Below, piece after piece: positions 25,857 through 32,000 of a DNA stretch of 32,000 nucleotides. How positions within the stretch are numbered: the stretch's first letter is position 1; each line of letters opens with the position of its first letter. This DNA comes from Rhodobacter capsulatus SB 1003. Its GTDB lineage: Bacteria > Pseudomonadota > Alphaproteobacteria > Rhodobacterales > Rhodobacteraceae. Under the pieces are notes generated by a model. The model was not told where the DNA came from and did not search any database. It saw nothing but the letters and a program-made list of their open reading frames with translations. The DNA lies in contig NC_014034.1 in NCBI RefSeq assembly GCF_000021865.1, positions 2,190,001-2,222,000 on the forward strand, written 5' to 3'. A program made the position numbers and the translations under genes.

Positions 25857-26861
25857 ATGCTGCAGCTCAATTCCTTTGCCGAGATTTCCACCCTGGCCGA
25901 CCGGCTGCCCGTGGCCGACGAGGCCGCCCGTGCGGCGGCGCTTGCGCGGCAGAACAGCCTGACGAAGCCGGTGGGCTCGCTCGGCCGTCTGGAGGAGCTG
26001 GCGCTGCATTGGGCGGCCTGGCGGGCGACCGAACGCCCGACCATCACCAAGGCGCAGGCTTTGTGCTTTGCGGGCAATCACGGCGTCTGCGCGCAGGGCG
26101 TGAACGTCTTCCCGCAAGAAGTCACGCATCTGATGGTGAAGAATTTCGAGATGGGCGGCGCGGCGATCAACCAGCTGTGCCGGGCGGCGGGCGCCGATCT
26201 GCAGGTGATCTCGCTCGATCTGGACCGGCCGACGCAGGATTTCACCCAAGGCCCGGCGATGACCGAGGCCGAGACGGTGGCGGCGCTGAACGTGGGCGCG
26301 GGCGCGGTGGATGTGACGGCCGATGCGCTGATCATCGGCGAGATGGGGATCGGCAATTCGACCATCGCGGCGGCGCTGGCGGCCGCGATTTACGGCGGCA
26401 CGGCCAAGGATTTCGTCGGCCCGGGCACCGGGTCCGATGCGGCCGGGATCGCGCGCAAGATTGCCGCGATCGACAAGGGGCTGGCGCTGCATGGCGGGCT
26501 TGGCGGGATGGAGACGCTCGCCGCGCTTGGCGGGCGCGAGATCGCCGCGATGTGCGGGGCTGTTCTGGGGGCGCGGGCGGCACGGATCCCGGTGATCCTC
26601 GACGGGTTCATCTCGACCGCGGCGGTTTCCACCCTCTTCAAGGTCGATCCGCGGCTTCTGGATCACTGCGTCGTCGGCCATACCTCGGCCGAGCCGGGAC
26701 ATCAGAAGGTGCTGACCACGATGGGCAAGCGCGCGCTGTTGCAAATGGAGATGCGGCTTGGCGAAGGCACCGGCGCGGCGCTGGCGCTGGGTGTGGTGCG
26801 CGCGGCGCTGGAATGTCACAACGGCATGGTGACCTATGCCGAAGCGGGCATCACCGCCTGA
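25857..26861 (+). CDS. cobT: Nicotinate-nucleotide--dimethylbenzimidazole phosphoribosyltransferase (CobT; CobU in P. denitrificans naming)
   Basis: Start at MLQLNSFAE (ATG 25857, 2 nt after the cobP stop). Motifs LTKPVGSLGRLEELA and GEMGIGNST. 334 aa. Confidence 0.9.
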   Translation: MLQLNSFAEISTLADRLPVADEAARAAALARQNSLTKPVGSLGRLEELALHWAAWRATERPTITKAQALCFAGNHGVCAQGVNVFPQEVTHLMVKNFEMGGAAINQLCRAAGADLQVISLDLDRPTQDFTQGPAMTEAETVAALNVGAGAVDVTADALIIGEMGIGNSTIAAALAAAIYGGTAKDFVGPGTGSDAAGIARKIAAIDKGLALHGGLGGMETLAALGGREIAAMCGAVLGARAARIPVILDGFISTAAVSTLFKVDPRLLDHCVVGHTSAEPGHQKVLTTMGKRALLQMEMRLGEGTGAALALGVVRAALECHNGMVTYAEAGITA

Positions 26862-27628
26862 TGGCGCGGGGCTGGATCAGGGCGCGGCTGAGCGAGGCGC
26901 ATCTGGCGGTGCTTTTGCTCACCCGCCTGCCGATGCCGCGTCTGGCCGATCCGGCGCCGACGCTGGCGCAATCGGTCTGGGCCTATCCCTTGGCCGGGCT
27001 GGTGGTGGGGGCGATCTCCGCCCTTGCCCTTTTCGCCATGCTGGCGCTTGGCCTGCCGCCCGCTTTGGCGGCGGGTCTGGCGGTGACGCTGCAGGTCGTC
27101 ATCACCGGCGCGCTGCATGAGGACGGTCTGGCCGATGTGGCGGACGGCTTCTGGGGCGGGCGCGAGGTGGCGCGCAGGCTCGAGATCATGCGCGACAGCC
27201 GGATCGGGTCCTATGGCGTCACGGCGCTGGTGCTCTCGCTCGGTCTGCGCTGGCAGGGGGTGGCGGCGCTGGCTGCGGCTTCGCCCGCGCTGGCGATGGC
27301 GGGGCTGATCGGGCTCGCGATCCTGTCGCGGGCGGCTTGCGGGGTGCTGATGGCGGGGCTGCCCGCGGCGCGGCCGGACGGGATGGGCCGCTATGCCTCG
27401 GGCGCGGCGTGGCAACGGGTGATCGCGGGCGGGGCGGTGGCGATCGGCGCCGCTTTCGGGCTGGGCCTGCCGGTCGTGCCGCTGCTGATCGTGCAGGGCG
27501 CGCTGGTGGCCGGTCTTGCGCTGGTGGCGCGGGCAAAGATCGGCGGGCAGACCGGCGACGTTCTGGGCACGGCGCAGCAGCTGGCCGAGATCGGCGGCTG
27601 GCTGGTGCTGGCGGCGGCGCTGAGCTGA
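26861..27628 (+). CDS. cobS: Adenosylcobinamide-GDP ribazoletransferase (cobalamin synthase; CobS, or CobV in P. denitrificans naming)
   Basis: ATG at 26861 shares 1 nt with the cobT TGA. Polytopic, with motif ITGALHEDGLADVADG. 255 aa. Confidence 0.88.
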   Translation: MARGWIRARLSEAHLAVLLLTRLPMPRLADPAPTLAQSVWAYPLAGLVVGAISALALFAMLALGLPPALAAGLAVTLQVVITGALHEDGLADVADGFWGGREVARRLEIMRDSRIGSYGVTALVLSLGLRWQGVAALAAASPALAMAGLIGLAILSRAACGVLMAGLPAARPDGMGRYASGAAWQRVIAGGAVAIGAAFGLGLPVVPLLIVQGALVAGLALVARAKIGGQTGDVLGTAQQLAEIGGWLVLAAALS

Positions 27629-27631
27629 GGC

Positions 27632-29563
27632 TCAGGCGACGCGCCGACGCGGCAGCGCCCCCGGATCGAGCAGCCGCAGGCCGCGCCGCAAGGCCAGCGG
27701 CCGCGCGGTCGGGCCATAGACCGCGGCGGCGTCCTCGGTCCCCAGCACCACCCCGGCCAGCCAGGGCTGCGCCAGCGCGATCGAGATCCGCGCCGCAGGC
27801 CCCAGCGCCGCCAGCGCCATCGGCCCGGGATAAAGCGACTCGCAGGCGAGCCCGTTTGCCGTGACGATGCCGTGCCGCTCCAGCAGGATATGGTGATAGC
27901 TGACGCGACGCTTGCCGCGCGCGATGCGAAAGCGCGGGTCGTTCAGCCCGGCCAGATGCCGCGCCCGCACCAGACGCTCGCCCTGATCGGTCAGCGCCAG
28001 CACCGCATGCTGCGGCGACAGAAGCAACGCCCCGTGCCGCCCCAGCGCATTTTCGCGGATCGCCACCGGCAGCAAGCCCGGTTCCGCCGCCAGATCGGCC
28101 GCCTCAAGCGACCGCCCCCCGGACCAGAGCACCGGCACCGCGCCGCGATCGCGCGTCACCACCAGATCGCCCGCGCGCAGGCTTTCGACCGGAACCGGGC
28201 CGCGCGGCGTCTCGATCAGGGTTCCGGCGGTGAAACAGGGCACCCCCATCGCATGCAGAAGCGGCCGGCTGATCTGGTCGAACGGGGTCCCGACAAGGGT
28301 GATCACCGGCCCGCCGGTCACCGTCGGAAAGGTGATCACCGCATTGCCATTGGCGTCCGAGCCGATCACCGCATCGTCCCAGTTCACCGGATTGCCCTGA
28401 TCGTCGCGCAGCCCCGAGACGTCGATCTGGTCGCGGGTCTTGCCGCCGACCATCGTGAACTCGAAATCGGTGATGCTGTCGGCGCCGCTTTGCGCGTCCA
28501 GAACGAAAGTGTCGGCCCCGGCGCCGCCGCTCAGCGTGTCGGCGCCCGCGCCACCCGCAAGCGTGTCGTTGCCCGCATCGCCAAACAGCGAGTCGTCGCC
28601 GCTGCCGCCCAGAATCAGATCGTTGTCGTCGCCGCCGTAAAGGATGTCATTGCCGCCGCGCCCGTCGATCGTGTCGTCGCCGCCGCCGCCGTAAAAGATG
28701 TTCGTATAGACGTCGGAACCGCTGTAGACGGCATCGTCGAAGCCGATCAGACTGTCGCCGTAAGCCGAGCCGATCACCCCGTCGACACTGGTCAGCGTGT
28801 CCCCCGCCGCGTCGCCCCCCGCCGCGCTCCAGCGCGACAGATCGATCGTCACCGCCCCGGAACTGGCGGAATAATCGGCATAATCCATGCCCGAGCCGCC
28901 GGTGATGCTGTCCGCCCCGGCGCCGCCCGCCAGCGTGTCATCGCCCGCGCCGCCGTCCAGCGTGTCATTGCCCGCGCCGCCCAGGATCAGGTCGTTGCCG
29001 TCATTGCCCGACAGCCGGTCATTGCCCGCGCCGCCGTCGATCGTGTCGTTGCCCGCATTGCCGGTGACCGTGTCATTGCCCGCCCCGGCCCGGATCGAAT
29101 CATTGCCCGCCCCCCCCACCAGCGCCGAGGACACCGTCGAGGCATAGCTCGTGCTGGCCAGGCCGCTGTAGGTTTGCCCGGTCGAGGTCGCCGAGGCGCT
29201 GCCGGTGACCGTCATCACCACGCCCGGCGTCAGCGCCGAGGTCGAGACATAGCCGACCAGCGTGTTGCCGACATAGACGTCATAGATCCGCGCCGTCGTG
29301 CCCGAAGCGGTGGTGAAACTGGTCGCCGTGCCCAGCCGCACCGCCCCCGAGGCCAGCACCGCGCCGCTGGCCGAGGTCACCACCGCGGTCTGGTTGCCGT
29401 CAAGCTGGCTGGTCGCCGAGCCGCTGAAATAGGCGTCATTGTCGGTGACGGTGATCGTCACTGCCTGGCTGGCCGATTCGTAGCCCGGATCCAGCGAGAA
29501 GCCCGAAGTGCCGTTCGAAGTGATCGACGCGGCGCTGTAACCACCGATCGTGTAAGTCGCCAT
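27632..29563 (-). CDS. Secreted-type RTX (Ca2+-binding nonapeptide repeat) protein with a C-terminal Hint / bacterial intein-like (BIL) domain
   Basis: Start at internal MATYTIGGYS (complement of 29561-29563). Ser/Thr/Gly-rich N-terminal region with no obvious signal peptide. Two blocks of GGxGxD repeats (GGAGNDTLDGGAGDDTLAGGAGAD...). Then PCFTAGTLIETPRGPVPVESLRAGDLVVTRD...LLLSPQHAV...HHILLERHGIVTANGLACESL. Confidence 0.85.
   Translation of the reverse strand: MATYTIGGYSAASITSNGTSGFSLDPGYESASQAVTITVTDNDAYFSGSATSQLDGNQTAVVTSASGAVLASGAVRLGTATSFTTASGTTARIYDVYVGNTLVGYVSTSALTPGVVMTVTGSASATSTGQTYSGLASTSYASTVSSALVGGAGNDSIRAGAGNDTVTGNAGNDTIDGGAGNDRLSGNDGNDLILGGAGNDTLDGGAGDDTLAGGAGADSITGGSGMDYADYSASSGAVTIDLSRWSAAGGDAAGDTLTSVDGVIGSAYGDSLIGFDDAVYSGSDVYTNIFYGGGGDDTIDGRGGNDILYGGDDNDLILGGSGDDSLFGDAGNDTLAGGAGADTLSGGAGADTFVLDAQSGADSITDFEFTMVGGKTRDQIDVSGLRDDQGNPVNWDDAVIGSDANGNAVITFPTVTGGPVITLVGTPFDQISRPLLHAMGVPCFTAGTLIETPRGPVPVESLRAGDLVVTRDRGAVPVLWSGGRSLEAADLAAEPGLLPVAIRENALGRHGALLLSPQHAVLALTDQGERLVRARHLAGLNDPRFRIARGKRRVSYHHILLERHGIVTANGLACESLYPGPMALAALGPAARISIALAQPWLAGVVLGTEDAAAVYGPTARPLALRRGLRLLDPGALPRRRVA
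27845..28237 (-). other. Hint/BIL autoprocessing domain within the RTX protein
   Basis: Cys-1 codon is the complement of 28235-28237 (PCFTAG). Block-B-like SPQH (28007-28018). Terminal ...VTAN (Asn codon 27854-27856) is followed by Gly rather than Cys/Ser/Thr. Confidence 0.7.
28502..29116 (-). repeat. RTX nonapeptide-repeat coding blocks (degenerate 27-nt periodic DNA repeats)
   Basis: Repeated GGxGNDxLx units at track-ORF aa 181-260 and 320-385. On the plus strand they show as recurring GTCATTGCCCGCGCCGCC-like strings. Confidence 0.85.
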
Positions 29564-29753
29564 TGCTCTGCCCGTGTGCAGGTCTGCGCCTGCCCTGCCT
29601 GTTGCGGGGCTTCGCCCCCCCGGGCCGTCCGCTGCTGCCGACCTGCCCGCCTTCAAGGTTAACAGGAACGCAAGAAATATGGCGAAAGTGCGGCAAAGAC
29701 ATGCAACGCCTTAGACAGGCGGGAAAATTCGCACAAACCCTGGTCAGGCGGGG

Positions 29754-30215
29754 TCAGACCGGCAGCGGGCGGCTCATCACCACGGCGGTGATCGGACAGA
29801 CCGAACTGGCCTGTTTCGTCGCCAGAACCGGCGGCGGCACTTCGTAGCGGGCGCGGGCGCGGAAGCCGCGATGCGAAAAGAACGGCGCGGCATGTTTGGT
29901 GAAAAGCCAGGCCTCGCGCGCGCCGGCGGCCGTGACCTTGTCGAGCAGCGCCGCCAGAATCGCCGAACCAAGGCCGCGCCCGCGCGCCGTCTCGGGCACG
30001 ACCATCGAGCGGATCAGCGCGTGACCGCCCGGCAACTCATAGCCGCCAAAACCGCAGATCGCCCCGGAAGCATCGGAAAAGACAAAGAAATACCGCCCGG
30101 GATCGGCCAGATCCTCGGTCGGAAGATGGGCCGCGGCCAGCGCCTCGGCCAGGGCCGGATCGGACCCGGCAATCGGTGTGGCAGTCAGTTCGGGCAGGAC
30201 CATGACCTCGGGCAT
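29754..30215 (-). CDS. GNAT-family N-acetyltransferase (ArsN2/amino-acid acetyltransferase-like)
   Basis: Start at internal MPEVMVLPEL (complement of 30213-30215; AGGAG upstream). Acetyl-CoA motif VVPETARGRGLGSAILAALL. 153 aa. The subfamily is a guess based on the C-terminal ...SSVCPITAVVM. Confidence 0.7.
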   Translation of the reverse strand: MPEVMVLPELTATPIAGSDPALAEALAAAHLPTEDLADPGRYFFVFSDASGAICGFGGYELPGGHALIRSMVVPETARGRGLGSAILAALLDKVTAAGAREAWLFTKHAAPFFSHRGFRARARYEVPPPVLATKQASSVCPITAVVMSRPLPV

Positions 30216-30374
30216 CGGGCGGCTCCTGTGAAAGGGGGGATGACGGCAACGGGGGTCGCGGCAAGGGGACGACTGGCGATGACACGAAGGCTTCGGTCGG
30301 GATCCATTTCGCAACACCCGTTCAGATTGTGCGATTGTGCGACCAGCCGCGGGCGCGGTCAAGCGGTCAAAAAC

Positions 30375-31613
30375 TCACGCGCCCGCGGCGGTCAGCGCCA
30401 GCCCGTCCACCACCGCGGTAAAGGCATCGCCCTGTTCCTGCCGGGCCTGCGGAAAGGTCGCGGCGACGGCCTGCCCGACCAGCCCCATCAGGCTGGAGCC
30501 GCCGACCAGAACGGCGGTCTCGACCGAGGCCGGGGCGATGCCCGCCAGACGGCAGGTCTCCGCCAGCGCCGCCCCGAGATCCGCGCGCGCCCGCGCCAGC
30601 GCCGCCGCCATCGAGACCGCGTCGATCTCGGCGTAAAGGCCGCGTTCGATCTTGCCCATGCGGATCATCGCGCCGGGCTTGCCCGCATTCGCCTCGATCT
30701 TGCCGCGCTCGACCGCGAAGGCGAGATCATGGCCCAGCTCGTCCTCGATCACCCGCGCCAGACGCGCGATCGGCTGCGGCGCGACGGCGAATTTCGCCAG
30801 ATGCGCCACGGCTTTGCGGGTGTCTTGCGTGTAAAGAAAGGGGATCTTCGCCCAGGTCGCCAGATCGACGAAGATCTCGTTCGGCATCGGCAGCAGACCG
30901 GGGCCGAATTCGCGCCTGAGCTGCCCGCCCTGCCCCAGCAGCGGCATGACGTGATCGAGCGCGATGGCGCGGTCGAAATCGGTGCCGCCCAGCCGGATGC
31001 CGTGGCTGGCAACGATCTCGACCCGGCCGCCGACCACCCGAAACAGCGAGAAATCCGAGGTGCCGCCGCCGATATCGACGATCAGACCAAGCCGCGTGCC
31101 GGTCAGATCGGCCGAGGCGCGGGCGGCGGCCTCGGGTTCGGGGCAAAAGCCGATCTCGGTGAAGCCCGCCGCCGAAAGGCAGCCGGTCAGATCGGCCAGC
31201 GCCCGGGCATCGCGGCCGGGATCGGCGTGGAAATGCACCGGACGGCCCGCCAGGACGCGGGAAAAGCGCAGGCCGGTCTGCGCCTCGGCGCGGGTTTTCG
31301 TTTCCGCAAGGAAGGCGGTGACGACCTCGGCCAGAGTGCGGCGGCGCCCGCCGATCGGGCGGGGTTCATGGAAAAGGGGCGTGCCCAGAACGCTTTTGAG
31401 CGCGCGCATGAAGCGCCCCTCCTCGCCCGCGACCAGCGCCGAAACGGCGGCGGAACCGATCCGCATCGGCCCCGGCTCGGCCGGAAAGAAGACCGCGGTG
31501 GGCAGGGTGTCGGCGGTGCCGTCCAGCGTCAGGCGGCGCAACCGGCCGTCCTGCACGAGGGCGGCGGCGGAATTCGACGTGCCAAAGTCGATCGCAAGCG
31601 CAAGGTCGGTCAT
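30375..31613 (-). CDS. Hsp70-family ATPase-domain-only protein (YegD-like)
   Basis: 412 aa with actin-fold ATPase motifs AIDFGTSNS, VDIGGGTSDFS and VLVGGSS. No C-terminal substrate-binding domain. Confidence 0.8.
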   Translation of the reverse strand: MTDLALAIDFGTSNSAAALVQDGRLRRLTLDGTADTLPTAVFFPAEPGPMRIGSAAVSALVAGEEGRFMRALKSVLGTPLFHEPRPIGGRRRTLAEVVTAFLAETKTRAEAQTGLRFSRVLAGRPVHFHADPGRDARALADLTGCLSAAGFTEIGFCPEPEAAARASADLTGTRLGLIVDIGGGTSDFSLFRVVGGRVEIVASHGIRLGGTDFDRAIALDHVMPLLGQGGQLRREFGPGLLPMPNEIFVDLATWAKIPFLYTQDTRKAVAHLAKFAVAPQPIARLARVIEDELGHDLAFAVERGKIEANAGKPGAMIRMGKIERGLYAEIDAVSMAAALARARADLGAALAETCRLAGIAPASVETAVLVGGSSLMGLVGQAVAATFPQARQEQGDAFTAVVDGLALTAAGA

Positions 31614-31699
31614 CGCGGGCCCCTTCAGGAAAGACAGGCCCGCTACAGGGTTTCGGCGGCTCTGGCAAGAGGCTGCCTGGGGGGCGCCCGCCGTCCGGG

Positions 31700-32000
31700 T
31701 TAAAGCAGGAAATCCCCCGCCGACAAAGCGCCCAGCGTGACATTGTCGAGCGTGATCATCAGCCCGTCGACCTGGATCACCACGGCGCGGCCCGATTGCG
31801 TCATGTGGCCGGACAGATCGGCGAAACTGTCCAGCCCCGCCACCCCGCGCAGGTCGATGTCATCCACGCCGATGCGGAAATCGGTGATCCGGTCGGCGCC
31901 GTCGCCGGTCGCGAAGATGAAGACATCGTTGCCCAGCCCCCCGGTCATCAGGTCGTTGCCCGTGCCCGCCGTCAGCCGGTCGTTGCCCGCGCCCGCGGTC
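31700..32000 (-). CDS. 3' end of a second RTX-repeat protein (5' part beyond the window)
   Basis: The frame stays open to base 32000 and reads TAGAGNDRLTAGTGNDLMTGGLGNDVFIFATGDGADRITDF..., i.e. RTX repeats plus the usual post-repeat segment. Stop at 31700. Confidence 0.8.
   Translation of the reverse strand, partial: TAGAGNDRLTAGTGNDLMTGGLGNDVFIFATGDGADRITDFRIGVDDIDLRGVAGLDSFADLSGHMTQSGRAVVIQVDGLMITLDNVTLGALSAGDFLL

Noticed and set aside
28502-29116. Periodic DNA repeats that might be mistaken for a CRISPR or tandem-repeat array
   Set aside because: The repeats are degenerate, have no unique spacers, and translate in frame to GGxGxD RTX nonapeptides inside a long ORF.
1-32000. Mobile elements, prophage, defence systems, tRNA/rRNA genes
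   Set aside because: I saw no transposase, integrase or recombinase-like ORF, no tRNA-like cloverleaf signatures (e.g. GGTTCGAAT-type T-loops) and no rRNA-like stretches. The only inverted-repeat-bounded element (19701-19894) is reported separately with MITE as one hypothesis.

Overview
High-GC (roughly two-thirds G+C by eye) alphaproteobacterial DNA. About 27 kb of the 32 kb is one contiguous cobalamin (vitamin B12) supercluster of the late-cobalt-insertion (CobN-type, 'aerobic') route. The gene set, with cobZ instead of cobG plus a bluF-E-D-C-B operon, matches what is known from Rhodobacter capsulatus and other Rhodobacterales. Inferred transcription units: (1) minus strand 7320->665: cobalamin riboswitch, cbiM-cbiN-cbiQ-cbiO (ECF cobalt uptake), cobZ, cobB. 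(2) minus 11166->7371: cobL-cobE-cobM-cobA-cobF. (3) cobK alone on the plus strand, wedged between cobL and cobJ and overlapping both. (4) minus 18960->11893: second cobalamin riboswitch, DUF1636-like Cys protein, cobW, cobN, cobH-cobI-cobJ. (5) plus: cobO, an unusual 270-nt spacer, then cobQ. (6) minus 25278->21381: bluF-bluE-cobD(bluD)-cobC(bluC)-bluB. (7) plus 25351->27628: cobP-cobT-cobS. Most gene junctions are ATGA/TGATG/GTGA overlaps. The last 4.4 kb is not B12-related: an RTX-repeat protein ending in a Hint/bacterial-intein-like domain, a small GNAT acetyltransferase, an ATPase-domain-only Hsp70 homologue, and the 3' end of a second RTX protein. I recognised no rRNA, tRNA, CRISPR array, transposase or integrase. 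Many long ORFs in the supplied track are antisense or alternate-frame artefacts of the high GC content, and many real genes start at an internal Met of the listed ORF. The most interesting unexplained items are a ~195-nt AT-enriched element closed by a 23-nt inverted repeat in the cobO-cobQ spacer, the fully nested antisense position of cobK, convergent gene ends with no room for terminators, the riboswitch-controlled DUF1636 protein, and the RTX/Hint-GNAT-Hsp70-RTX neighbourhood. Nothing here can be shown from sequence alone to be a new system. Candidates are ranked in findings.
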